64,000 bases of DNA from an uncultured virus (IMG/VR IMGVR_UViG_3300005600_000030) (Duplodnaviria; Heunggongvirae; Uroviricota; Caudoviricetes). Every line of letters begins with the position of its first letter. Within the stretch, counting starts at the first letter, position 1. A program made the translations under genes and the position numbers. The notes under the pieces were generated by a model. The model saw nothing but the letters and a program-made list of their open reading frames with translations. It was not told the DNA's origin and did no database searches. The stretch spans positions 1 to 64,000 of IMG/VR virus record IMGVR_UViG_3300005600_000030, one strand, 5' to 3'. Shown in pieces: positions 17,600 to 26,957 of the stretch.

Positions 17600-18110
17600 C
17601 TTTACTCATTTCCTTATCTTTTTCTTTACCGTCTTGGGGTTTGTCTAATTCAGATGCTGCCTGCCACGCAAGTTTTGCATCTTCACCAATCATCCCGTCA
17701 TATGGACAAGGTGTTCCTGCATTCATCATCGCATCAAAGACTCGTTTGTCCTGACACATTACTGATACCGCAGCCACCTTCATACCCATATCATATAGGG
17801 TCTTAGAATTCTTGAGTCGTTCACAGTTGAGGTCTGTTACCTGAGTACCCATTGAGATACCGAGGATTTGCGTTTGAACCGCACCCGCTACACCGAACGT
17901 ACATAAGTCTGAGTTAGACGTATTGATAGTCGGACTAATAGCACTAGGAGGAGGTGACTTCAAGGTTGTCGTTGAGTCTGACTTCGAGGTCACTGTGCTG
18001 TTTGTAGTTGAATCTGTTCTAATCGTATCGTCTACAGGTTCTACTTCTTGAGAGAACGCCATTGACGAAAATAAAAGTAATGCACTTGTTATTATTATCA
18101 TTCGTTGCAT
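17535..18110 (-). CDS. Exported Cys-rich protein with a C-terminal hydrophobic anchor
   Basis: Signal peptide; S/T-rich linker; PPPSAISP, four Cys; ends VGGASVASLLLLLLL. Confidence 0.75.
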   Translation of the reverse strand: MQRMIIITSALLLFSSMAFSQEVEPVDDTIRTDSTTNSTVTSKSDSTTTLKSPPPSAISPTINTSNSDLCTFGVAGAVQTQILGISMGTQVTDLNCERLKNSKTLYDMGMKVAAVSVMCQDKRVFDAMMNAGTPCPYDGMIGEDAKLAWQAASELDKPQDGKEKDKEMSKDEKTLVGGASVASLLLLLLLL

Positions 18111-18150
18111 AAAAAAATACCCATGTTTTAATTCGTTAACATGGGTATTT
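18111..18150 (-). terminator. Hairpin + U-tract overlapping the late promoter and the start region
   Basis: AAATACCCATGTT / AACATGGGTATTT inverted repeat followed by TTTT-ATG. Confidence 0.6.
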
Positions 18151-18153
18151 ATA
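18146..18153 (-). promoter_or_regulatory. T4-type late promoter
   Basis: TATAAATA 36 nt upstream of the 18110 start. Confidence 0.8.
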
Positions 18154-18177
18154 CGATTTAACTTTTTAAGTAGAGTA

Positions 18178-18855
18178 TTATTTAATCAGTCCGCGTTCAA
18201 CCAACTCTCTATAATTCTCAATCTTCTGTCGTTTAGGGCCTTGGGGAGTGACCTTTGTCCTTATATGTATAAAGTTTGCACGTTCAACATCTGGTTCGAA
18301 CGAAGAGTAGTTCCACATTTGTCCATCGAGATAGTTACCCTTCTGTGTGTGGGACATCCCAAGTTTATGTGCGAGAGTGTGCATGACACCTTCATCGACC
18401 CAGTTCTGTTTATACTGCAACACGATATTATCGGTCAGTACACTACGAAACTTCCTACGTTGTTCTCGTGTGAGTTTGTAGATAGAACCACCCCAGTAAG
18501 GTGCACCTTCATTGCCCCAAACAACACCTAATGTTTTCGCAATACCTGCACGTAGTTTAGTTTGAATCTCGGTATGCCTACCTATACCTTCACACTCAAA
18601 AATGTTTTCAGAACAACCCTTACGAACAAACATATCGGCATCGACCATAACGAGATTGTCATAGTCATCCCATCTCTCATCTAACATGAGTAGTTTCTGT
18701 AGTTCTGGTCTCACAGACAAAGAAGTGAATTGGTCTCCCAATACAAGTTCATAGTCCGCACCGACCATCTCAGCGTACTCAGAGATACTCTTAGATGAGA
18801 GTTTGGCTAGTTCGTTGAGTTCTCCAGACCAGTGTTGTAGGATAATATTTTTCAT
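18178..18855 (-). CDS. GT-A fold glycosyltransferase
   Basis: YA..VGADY, QK, MVDADM (DxD), GG, DEG, WN, FIH motifs. Confidence 0.7.
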   Translation of the reverse strand: MKNIILQHWSGELNELAKLSSKSISEYAEMVGADYELVLGDQFTSLSVRPELQKLLMLDERWDDYDNLVMVDADMFVRKGCSENIFECEGIGRHTEIQTKLRAGIAKTLGVVWGNEGAPYWGGSIYKLTREQRRKFRSVLTDNIVLQYKQNWVDEGVMHTLAHKLGMSHTQKGNYLDGQMWNYSSFEPDVERANFIHIRTKVTPQGPKRQKIENYRELVERGLIK

Positions 18856-19628
18856 TATGTATTCTTAAATCGTGTGTTAAATAGGTGTTCAAGAAGAACT
18901 GCATATCCGGTATGCGCGTCTTCGTCAGGGTGACCGTGTGGTCTAATAGTATAACCCTTCATAGCGAATCCGAAGAAATCTATATGTTTCCCTAGACCTA
19001 TACGACTAGTGTCCTTTAATGCACCAAGGGAGTCTTCGACATAGTTCATCCAGTTTGTCCAAGGTGCCTCGGTCTTGCGATATCTAGGTTTCATAGTCTC
19101 TAGTAATCCTTCCCACATTCTTTCGTGGAAGACTCCCTGTATAAGTTTGATACCAAGTTGGTCACACAACCATTGCATATGAGTCATATAGTTTAGAGTT
19201 CGAAGTATACCCGTTCTTGTAACATCATAGTAATCATAGTACTGATCCATTACCTTTTCGAGTTCTGGTTTAAGGTTGTTTAACCTAGAGGGAGATATCT
19301 GAGTCATACACTGATATCTTTTGATATTACGAACAGTCTCATAATCTGCGACATGATTTTCTGCGACCTCTTCTCTCTGCCACGCAGACCATAGTATTAC
19401 AATATGGGTAGGAAGTTCTTTGCATGTTCTGAGATAGTCCGTGGTATCTCGAAATATCTTAGAATTACACGCACCACAAGTCGCTAGATTAATATGGGGC
19501 ATATCCATAGACTTTGCTAATTTATATGTGAATGTGTGTTCGTCATGGGTAGGAGGTTCTTGGTCATAACCATCCAATTCATCTCCCCAAACAAAACTAC
19601 ACCCATTAGTCAATAACATCAAAACCAC
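18855..19628 (-). CDS. SGNH/GDSL-like hydrolase or acyltransferase
   Basis: NGCSF, NLA.CG.CN, GHP...H. Confidence 0.7.
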   Translation of the reverse strand: MVLMLLTNGCSFVWGDELDGYDQEPPTHDEHTFTYKLAKSMDMPHINLATCGACNSKIFRDTTDYLRTCKELPTHIVILWSAWQREEVAENHVADYETVRNIKRYQCMTQISPSRLNNLKPELEKVMDQYYDYYDVTRTGILRTLNYMTHMQWLCDQLGIKLIQGVFHERMWEGLLETMKPRYRKTEAPWTNWMNYVEDSLGALKDTSRIGLGKHIDFFGFAMKGYTIRPHGHPDEDAHTGYAVLLEHLFNTRFKNT

Positions 19629-20413
19629 CTTCTTCTTTTTGAAATTTGATGTATCATATTTGCATACTCGGTATGAGCCACCTCATCCGCGTGACCCATA
19701 GGTTTGACAGTTCCCACATTATACGAAAGACTAAAAATGTCTGTATAGTATCCCAACCCAATTTTACACTCGGGTCTCAGATAATCAAGAGAATCTATCA
19801 TTTCAGATTTATAGTCAGAATAACCATCACTCTTCATAGTGCTCAAGATGTTCTTGTATAGGTCACCGTGTATAACACCCTGAACCACTTTAATCCCTAA
19901 CTGGTCACACAACCACTGTATATGTTTCATGTACATCATACCGTGGACAATCTGAGTGTGCATAGATAATACTTTTTCAGTATATAGTCTTAGAATATCA
20001 GTTCGTTCGGGGTGTGCATCATCTCCAATCTCCCATCTCAAAGAAGAGGAACCATGGAATGGAATGACCTGATTCATATTACATTCTTGAGGGATGTTTA
20101 TATTTTTATCCGACTCAAGACGAAAGGGTTCACATATCTCAAACCTACCCCAACTACTCCATGTGATAACCAAGAGGTCAATGTCTCGGTCATCTTTCTG
20201 GAGGAAGTCAAGGGTAGTTCGAAATATCTTGGTGTTGGACGAACCGTTGGCCGCGAGGTTTACATACTTCTTACCTAACATGTCCGATAGTTTGTATGCA
20301 TACGTGTGGTGATGATGGTAGTCTTCACCTTCAGTGTTTCGACTACCGTCTAACTCATCACCGTATGTAAAGGAATCACCGTTATAAAGTATTATTCCCA
20401 TGTTCCAAGTCAT
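19619..20413 (-). CDS. SGNH/GDSL-like hydrolase, paralog of 18855..19628
   Basis: NGDSFTYGDEL, NLA.NGSSN, shared QWLCDQLGIK, GH...AH. Confidence 0.7.
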   Translation of the reverse strand: MTWNMGIILYNGDSFTYGDELDGSRNTEGEDYHHHHTYAYKLSDMLGKKYVNLAANGSSNTKIFRTTLDFLQKDDRDIDLLVITWSSWGRFEICEPFRLESDKNINIPQECNMNQVIPFHGSSSLRWEIGDDAHPERTDILRLYTEKVLSMHTQIVHGMMYMKHIQWLCDQLGIKVVQGVIHGDLYKNILSTMKSDGYSDYKSEMIDSLDYLRPECKIGLGYYTDIFSLSYNVGTVKPMGHADEVAHTEYANMIHQISKRRRWF

Positions 20414-20885
20414 GTATGTAAAGTTGAATTAAACCATAGTGCAATACTTTGATGATGTCTTTACGCCACTCGGCAGGAGTCTCACCTTTCTTACCATAAC
20501 GTTTCAGATACTTCTTCGCATTACCGATACAGAAACCTGTACCATGACCGTCATCAATGATGTCTTCGGTTGCCTGAATCTTACCACCGGCATAGTGTTG
20601 GTCATATGTCTTATCGATGTATGACTGTAGTTCTTGAATCAACTCACCTTCACGGAACTTATATTCAATACGAGGATTATAATCATTTGGATTGAATGTA
20701 TTGAATTGATACGTGTCCGAAAACACCTTCCAATCATCGGACAAAGGAGGATTATTGTCAACATAGGTGATATCATCTACAGACAATTTAGTGTTCTCAT
20801 ATGCCTTATCCCACTCGGCAGGAGTCGCATCATTCAGACTGCGACCACCTACGGTAACATCTCCATAATATTCTGAACCAGCCAT
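20382..20885 (-). CDS. DUF3310 / nucleotide-kinase-like protein
   Basis: HY.....Q...I......FCIGN..KY..RYGKKG......D..K..HY. Confidence 0.75.
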   Translation of the reverse strand: MAGSEYYGDVTVGGRSLNDATPAEWDKAYENTKLSVDDITYVDNNPPLSDDWKVFSDTYQFNTFNPNDYNPRIEYKFREGELIQELQSYIDKTYDQHYAGGKIQATEDIIDDGHGTGFCIGNAKKYLKRYGKKGETPAEWRKDIIKVLHYGLIQLYIHDLEHGNNTL

Positions 20886-21130
20886 TAGAACAACTCCTCA
20901 TATAATGCTTCAAGGTCTTCGTACTCGGTACGAACTTCTGCCATGTTTGCTTTGTGATAAATCGTAGCAAGTTTGCGGATGTGTTTCTTATCCACACCAT
21001 GATTCTCAAAAGTAACTTGGACGATATCTTTCATCAAATCTTTCTCTGCATCAATGCGAGTCATACTATCAGATAGTTCTTTAATCGCACCTGCAACTTT
21101 CTTTTTATCTTCGGGGGTCAATGTAATCAT
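20885..21130 (-). CDS. dsbA: T4 DsbA-like dsDNA-binding protein
   Basis: IKELSDS..RI.AEKD..KDI......G...K....LA.IYHK......E...LE.LYE.LF. Confidence 0.7.
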   Translation of the reverse strand: MITLTPEDKKKVAGAIKELSDSMTRIDAEKDLMKDIVQVTFENHGVDKKHIRKLATIYHKANMAEVRTEYEDLEALYEELF

Positions 21131-21795
21131 TCTGTTTCTATATCCTCAATTAGTAAATCACGTAAATCTCGAGCCTGTTGGTCACGAGGGTCACTTCTTC
21201 CATACCCGCAAAACTTGTATGCGAGGGTAATTCTGTCTTCTCCTGCATACGCAGAATGCCAACATAAGTTCTCAGGTTCATCTTCGGGTGCAAAGTAGAA
21301 GTGTCTACACTGCCATCCTGCGACATCCTGAATAGTTACAATCTCACCTGTATCATTGTCACGGTACTTGAAGTATCCATTACCACTCCTAGACCAAGTG
21401 AATAGTACCTGATAAGCAGATGCATCATAATTAGTGTGCCATCCCACGAATCCGCCTGGCGGATAGTAGGATAACAGTGCGGATGTATGTGCACCAATCT
21501 CTGCTGCAAAGTCGTACTTGACACGTTGCATATAATCTTTCCAAGAAGGGTCATGTCGAACCATCTTAGAGATAGGTTGTGCAAAATGTCTATCCGGTAC
21601 ACCAACCAGTGTATCACGTGATAAACAGTTTGTCAAGTATTCCTTGGAACAAAAGTATTCACCGTTGGTCTTATCTTCTTCTTCACTGTATACATGAAAG
21701 TCAGGATTGGAATAGTCGCGACTAAAGAAGTCCTCGACAAAACCATCAAGGGTCTTTAGTAGTTCTTTGTTCCGAATTACAACTTCACTCATCAC
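21127..21795 (-). CDS. 2OG-Fe(II) oxygenase-like protein (HxN variant)
   Basis: YPPGGFVGWHTN ... WH ... RITL; paralog of 49460..50089. Confidence 0.6.
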   Translation of the reverse strand: MMSEVVIRNKELLKTLDGFVEDFFSRDYSNPDFHVYSEEEDKTNGEYFCSKEYLTNCLSRDTLVGVPDRHFAQPISKMVRHDPSWKDYMQRVKYDFAAEIGAHTSALLSYYPPGGFVGWHTNYDASAYQVLFTWSRSGNGYFKYRDNDTGEIVTIQDVAGWQCRHFYFAPEDEPENLCWHSAYAGEDRITLAYKFCGYGRSDPRDQQARDLRDLLIEDIETE

Positions 21796-22057
21796 TTATT
21801 CCGTATCTGATATGGTTGTACCATAATCTTTCATGACCATAGTACATAACAAACTTAATAACCAAATCTGCAAAGAATACTGCACCAACCGCTTTCATCG
21901 GTAGACCGAAGAATAGTGCAATACCCGCAGTGGTCACTGACGCAATTATGCGCCAAGTAACCGCCTTTGCAAGATGTCTCTTATACGATAATACCACTAG
22001 TGGCCTCAATCCAAGCCTTCTCGAAAGACTCATTGGTTGGTACCACAAAGATGACAT
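21785..22057 (-). CDS. DUF2061-like membrane protein
   Basis: R.LAKAVTWRI.AS..T ... YY.HER.W; real start probably GTG near 21997. Confidence 0.75.
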   Translation of the reverse strand: MSSLWYQPMSLSRRLGLRPLVVLSYKRHLAKAVTWRIIASVTTAGIALFFGLPMKAVGAVFFADLVIKFVMYYGHERLWYNHIRYGISDE

Positions 22058-22250
22058 CGGTAAATGTCAAGGTCTTTGGGTTCTCGACCGCAGACATACA
22101 CACACCACGACCAAAACCAATCTGACCATCCGGACTCTTCACGATTAGACGTGGGTCTTGTACATGAATAGAACCAGCATCAATTCGGTCTAGTCGAGCG
22201 ATATACTCACCCACACCCGTCATTATTGTAACAATATCATTCTTCTTCAT
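21981..22250 (-). CDS. Sm-like small protein
   Basis: IVTI...GEYIA ... TSGII C-terminus. Confidence 0.6.
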   Translation of the reverse strand: MKKNDIVTIMTGVGEYIARLDRIDAGSIHVQDPRLIVKSPDGQIGFGRGVCMSAVENPKTLTFTDVIFVVPTNESFEKAWIEATSGIIV

Positions 22251-22425
22251 TTTCTTCTCCTACCTTTTTATTTAAAATCCATGAACCATTTGTATGAAGT
22301 TCCCATTTTACCACATCACCTACCTTCAAGTCAAGCGATTCCATTATCTCATCATTAAATTCAATACACAATTGTCCATCATCATCTTCAACAATAGGAC
22401 ATGTATAAGTCTTATTCGCTTTCAT
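22237..22425 (-). CDS. AbrB/MazE-like DNA-binding protein
   Basis: DGQLCIEF..EIMESL.LK.GD.V.W. Confidence 0.6.
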   Translation of the reverse strand: MKANKTYTCPIVEDDDGQLCIEFNDEIMESLDLKVGDVVKWELHTNGSWILNKKVGEENEEE

Positions 22426-23077
22426 TCATCACCGCCTCTGCTATATCTGGGAAATGTACCTTAACATGTTCCCAACATTGTTCTGCAACTATACGATGTT
22501 CCTTCTGAGTCTCGATACCCATACGCAACTTACAATAGTGAATCCACGAACGCAGACTCCCTGCCATGTACAATGTAGTATCGGTCAGACCTTCGGGCAG
22601 TAACGCACGTGCCTGTTCTTTTGCAATACCCATATCGAGTGCTTTCTCATACTCTTTCTGAGCCATCCAACGAACCCGACTCTGAGCGTGCATCCACTCA
22701 TGATGGATATGTTGGTCATCAGTCTCATTAGATGCCTGACGGTTCTTCTCATCCTGTAGACGTGGTTCACGTGTAGAGAACTCTTCACTAACCGCATACC
22801 GTTGAGAGAACTCTTGAAATGAAAACGAACGATGACGAAGAATCTGACGTGAGATATCTCGAGTTGTTTTGATTTCAAGGGTCATGTGCACCATTTCAAA
22901 CGGTGACCAATGTTGGTGTTTTGCAAGATACCGCAATAGTTTAGGTGCGGTCTCACTGTTATTTTGATTTGTAGGATTAGACACACGTGCAGTATATGCG
23001 ATTAGTTCATTCGCATCCCAACACCCTGTCACACCCACATTAGGTTTACTTATAGCAACCAGATTTGCTTCACTCAT
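22412..23077 (-). CDS. thyX: FAD-dependent thymidylate synthase
   Basis: HWSPFE, RQILRHRSFSFQEFSQRY, EQARALLP, TQKEHR; start MSEANL. Confidence 0.95.
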   Translation of the reverse strand: MSEANLVAISKPNVGVTGCWDANELIAYTARVSNPTNQNNSETAPKLLRYLAKHQHWSPFEMVHMTLEIKTTRDISRQILRHRSFSFQEFSQRYAVSEEFSTREPRLQDEKNRQASNETDDQHIHHEWMHAQSRVRWMAQKEYEKALDMGIAKEQARALLPEGLTDTTLYMAGSLRSWIHYCKLRMGIETQKEHRIVAEQCWEHVKVHFPDIAEAVMNESE

Positions 23078-23246
23078 CTTTTTCCTCTTCGTCCTCGTAT
23101 TCAATTGCACCATCTTTAAACATATCGTTATCTTCGAAAAAAATTACTGCTGTTTCGATACCCTTCTGTTTACCTTCTCTATACCCCCACCAGAATGCGA
23201 GGAGCATACACCCCATGGTCAATAGTGTTTGTCCGATTGGTGTCAT
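23070..23246 (-). CDS. Small membrane protein (58 aa, MTPIGQTLL...), not in the ORF track
   Basis: ATGA overlap with the gp41 stop, GGGGAG RBS, N-terminal TM, acidic tail. Confidence 0.6.
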   Translation of the reverse strand: MTPIGQTLLTMGCMLLAFWWGYREGKQKGIETAVIFFEDNDMFKDGAIEYEDEEEKDE

Positions 23247-24640
23247 ACTCTGAACTCCCCAAATTTATTTTCTGCCTTGAGTCTCTGACCAGAATTTGAA
23301 TTATCAAATGCAGGGCCATTATCCTCTTCTCGGTTCAACGGAGAACTATTTTGGTCGACATCAAATAAACGCATCTTCGAACGGTCAATACCAACAACAA
23401 ATCGTTGATTACTAGTAGGGTCATTGTACCTATTCTTCAACTGTTTGACCAGTATCTGACCATTGTTTGCCAACTCTTCGTTACTTATTAATGCAAACAT
23501 TAAGTCAGCAGTAGCAGGTAAACCAAACGACTCGGATGTATCCTCGAGTCCAACGTCATCATTAGAGAAACCAGAACGGGTCGTTTGAGTCGCAGATACC
23601 ACCGGCACATCGAACTCTACCGCAAGACCACGCAGTTCTTCTGCGATACTCTTGATGTAGGTATACGAGTTGATTGCACCACCCATTGCCTTCATACGAG
23701 AAGATGAACAGATATTTAGATAATCAATATAGATGATATCTGGAACAAAGTTCTTCTTCAGTTTCAACTCATTTAGTAACGCACGGAAGTGTGACGCATT
23801 CGCCTGTCCGGTCGGATACTCTTTGATGATGAGTTTACCTTGGGTCTTCTGTGCAACATTCAATACCTTCTGGGTGAACATATCCTTGGATAGATTCTCC
23901 AACTGGTCAATAGGTACGTTCAGTAGGTTCGCATCGATACGTTCTGCAATACGTTCCTCAGCCATCTCCATGGTAATGTACAACACATTCTTACCTTGAG
24001 ATAGAATTGCACCCGCACAGTGACACATGAACAGAGACTTACCGACACCTGTACCTGCAAGTGCAATGTTCAGAGTCTTGTTCGGTAAACCACCTTTGGT
24101 AATCTGATTGAACAGGTCAAGGTCAAATGGAGTACGTTCTTCTTGTTCATGGTAGAAGTCGAAACGACCTTCCATGTTATCAATATAATCGTGACCGATG
24201 TTAGTATCAAAAGTAACAGATAGTGCCTTACTCAGGATATCAGGTAATGCATTCTTAGTAAGTGTCTGGTGTTTACCATCGATTACTTGAATAGATTCCA
24301 TGATTGCATTGTAGACCGCACGGTCTTGACACCACTTCTCGGTACGGTCTAACAACCATTCAAGGTTCTCCGCTTCCGGTGTAAAGATATTTGGTAGGAT
24401 TTCTACTGCATGTCGGTATTGTTCATCATTTAATCGATTACCTTCATCAATCTCAATCTTGAAGGATTCCATAGTGGGAAGTTTATTATACTTGGCAATA
24501 AACTTGGTGAACTCTTTGAAAAGGGACTTGTACGTCCCCTCAAAGTAATCAGGGTCTAGAAAGGCTGCAACCTTACGTGCATACCCATCATTAGTCAATA
24601 GATTCCGAAGAATCGTCTGTTCCAATTGTATTTCCATCAT
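23243..24640 (-). CDS. 41: Replicative DNA helicase gp41
   Basis: AGTGVGKS Walker A, TMEMAEE, IDYL, ATQTTR, SESFG, KNRY. Confidence 0.97.
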   Translation of the reverse strand: MMEIQLEQTILRNLLTNDGYARKVAAFLDPDYFEGTYKSLFKEFTKFIAKYNKLPTMESFKIEIDEGNRLNDEQYRHAVEILPNIFTPEAENLEWLLDRTEKWCQDRAVYNAIMESIQVIDGKHQTLTKNALPDILSKALSVTFDTNIGHDYIDNMEGRFDFYHEQEERTPFDLDLFNQITKGGLPNKTLNIALAGTGVGKSLFMCHCAGAILSQGKNVLYITMEMAEERIAERIDANLLNVPIDQLENLSKDMFTQKVLNVAQKTQGKLIIKEYPTGQANASHFRALLNELKLKKNFVPDIIYIDYLNICSSSRMKAMGGAINSYTYIKSIAEELRGLAVEFDVPVVSATQTTRSGFSNDDVGLEDTSESFGLPATADLMFALISNEELANNGQILVKQLKNRYNDPTSNQRFVVGIDRSKMRLFDVDQNSSPLNREEDNGPAFDNSNSGQRLKAENKFGEFRV

Positions 24641-24953
24641 TATCCTTAGTCTCAGTTCCGTACACCCATCCCTCACTAATACCACGTTCTAGGATATCCT
24701 CGAGAACACTACCAGAGTATTCTTGAAGACCTTCATCATCAGAACTCAAGTGGGGGTCAGGGGAAGTGACAACGCGAAAGTCAAAGGTAAGACAATCACG
24801 TTCCCCGTCATACTTGATAGTTCCGAAGCGAAGTACAGTTTCGGAGAATTTACCACGCAGGATTCTTACATCCCACGCGGCCTCATTATCTACATATTCA
24901 ACAGGGATTAACTCATAGTCAACCCCTTCACTCACCTTGTCGATATTAATCAT
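24591..24953 (-). CDS. 40: gp40-like head vertex assembly chaperone
   Basis: Size and position between uvsX and 41, as in T4; sequence support is weak. Confidence 0.5.
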   Translation of the reverse strand: MINIDKVSEGVDYELIPVEYVDNEAAWDVRILRGKFSETVLRFGTIKYDGERDCLTFDFRVVTSPDPHLSSDDEGLQEYSGSVLEDILERGISEGWVYGTETKDNDGNTIGTDDSSESID

Positions 24954-26013
24954 TTACATCTTCACCATCTATTTGTACTATTATATCAGGATCTACTTGC
25001 ATTGGCAATCCAATTTGATATTGTTTCTTAATAAAGTCTGCAAAGTCCGTAAATTCCCAAATAGGTGCCCAGAACTCATCGGTCAGGGTATCTTTCTGTC
25101 GAACCTTCGGGTCAACTAGTTCTCCGGTATTTTTATCTACACGTTGGTACCAACCATTACTTGGTTTGAAAACATATCCACCGGCAAGAGCAACATCAAG
25201 TAGTCCAGAGTTCTTCTCGACACCACCATCCCAAGATACTGAGATAGGAATCTTAGACTTCTCTTTGAGGTAACGAGACTTCTCGATGTTGATTACGAAA
25301 TCATAACCAGTCACTTCGGTACCAGTCTTCGTCTGTCTACGACCAATAATCCAGATAGTATCGGCACTATAATAGATACCAGTACCACCACCAACAACAT
25401 CCTTCGGAAAGAGACCGATCTCTTTATAGGTGTGATTGATAGCCAACATAGGAATATTTTTCATTGCAAGGTATGGTGTTGACATACGGAACAAACCCTT
25501 CAGTGCCTTCGCACGTGACATGTCCGCAACACCCTTCTCTGCCAATGCATCATCAAGTTCTTTCTTAGACGCAAGGTTACCAATAGAATCGATTACAATG
25601 ATAACTTCATCATCACGGTCAATCTCTTCTAGTTGAGAGATAAGGTCAAACTTTAGTTCTTCTACATTCGTGATAGGAGTGTGAAGAACACGACTAGTGT
25701 CAATTCCAAACTGTTCAAAATAAGATTGGGGTGAACCGAACTCACTATCGTAGAATAAAATAACTGCATCTTTTCTCTCCCGTAAGTATGCACCAGCCAT
25801 AAGTAGTGCAAATGATGTCTTAAAGTGTTTAGATGGCCCTGCGAGGACAGTCAGTCCAGGCGTAATACCACCGTCAATAGAACCGGACAATGCGACATTG
25901 ACCATAGGTACATCGGTGGAAACCATATCCTTTTCTGTGAAGAACTTACTCTTTGACATAACCTCGGCACTCTTGACCTTGGAGTTCTTCTTCAATTTAT
26001 TCATTATACTCAT
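24946..26013 (-). CDS. uvsX: RecA-like recombinase UvsX
   Basis: AGPSKHFKT, YDSEFG, DSIGNLAS, GGGTG.YYSAD, EKSR. Confidence 0.97.
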   Translation of the reverse strand: MSIMNKLKKNSKVKSAEVMSKSKFFTEKDMVSTDVPMVNVALSGSIDGGITPGLTVLAGPSKHFKTSFALLMAGAYLRERKDAVILFYDSEFGSPQSYFEQFGIDTSRVLHTPITNVEELKFDLISQLEEIDRDDEVIIVIDSIGNLASKKELDDALAEKGVADMSRAKALKGLFRMSTPYLAMKNIPMLAINHTYKEIGLFPKDVVGGGTGIYYSADTIWIIGRRQTKTGTEVTGYDFVINIEKSRYLKEKSKIPISVSWDGGVEKNSGLLDVALAGGYVFKPSNGWYQRVDKNTGELVDPKVRQKDTLTDEFWAPIWEFTDFADFIKKQYQIGLPMQVDPDIIVQIDGEDVND

Positions 26014-26957
26014 ACGTCTTCCTCATCTCCAAATGATATATTATTTACTTTTTCACGTTCATCTAACTCGTATATTATACGATATTTGTTGTTGATTGTC
26101 AATACATTTTCCAACAATTCGAACTTATTATCTTTCCCGCGAGTCTCCGAGAATCTCAACAGTGCCATCGTATCCTTGGGAAGACACGCACCACCAAACC
26201 CACGTTTCTTATCTGGGCCAGGAACTCTGGTATGTTTTATTCCAATACGGTCGTCCGCACCCATTGCACGGGTAATCATATTGTAACTACAATCAAAAGA
26301 ATCCACCACATCACGTAATTGATTGAAGAAGGTTAGTTTAGTTGCAAGGAATGCATTGGTCGCATACTTCACGAACGATGCCTCACAACCAGACATTCGA
26401 TAATACTTATCTGACTTACATGCACTGAAGATGTCATAGACTTGTTGAAGTTCATCACACGCAGCAGGAGTACCACCGAATACATGATGTTCCGCATTAA
26501 CAAAATCTTCACACGCAGACTTCTCGGTCAGGAACTCAGGATTATAGATGAACCTGTCGTAGTCTTCGGGACGAATAGAGTTGTACAGACGGTCGATGAT
26601 ATCTGGTGTCACTGTTGATTTGACAACAACAAATGCATTAGTGTGGTGTGTCAGTTTGAGTACCGCATCCTCTACGATAGACGCATCTACAAAACCTGTC
26701 TCTGCATTCTGCGGAGTAGGTGCACAGATAAAGACCACCTGTGGTTTCCAGTCAATCAACTGGTCAATGTTTGTACCATCTTTAGGGTCAACAATAAAGT
26801 GTTCTACCATAGGATGATAGAATGCGTACTCTACTGCTTTACCCACGAACCCATGTCCTACAATTCCCATTCTTAGGGGATTATTAGGACTTACAGGTTG
26901 TGGTTTGTTTTCGGTCTCACCCTGTTGTGGGACGTGTTGGTCGAAATCATCAGCCAT
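26010..26957 (-). CDS. UDP-glucose/GDP-mannose dehydrogenase family
   Basis: GHGFVG, CAPTP, KSTV.P, NPEFL, K...NAFLA, GFGGACLPKD. Confidence 0.9.
   Translation of the reverse strand: MADDFDQHVPQQGETENKPQPVSPNNPLRMGIVGHGFVGKAVEYAFYHPMVEHFIVDPKDGTNIDQLIDWKPQVVFICAPTPQNAETGFVDASIVEDAVLKLTHHTNAFVVVKSTVTPDIIDRLYNSIRPEDYDRFIYNPEFLTEKSACEDFVNAEHHVFGGTPAACDELQQVYDIFSACKSDKYYRMSGCEASFVKYATNAFLATKLTFFNQLRDVVDSFDCSYNMITRAMGADDRIGIKHTRVPGPDKKRGFGGACLPKDTMALLRFSETRGKDNKFELLENVLTINNKYRIIYELDEREKVNNISFGDEEDV

Noticed and set aside
20466..20826. 16-bp direct repeat ccactcggcaggagtc (20466-20481 and 20811-20826), both encoding TPAEW
   Set aside because: Short, in-frame, two copies within one gene; no further structure
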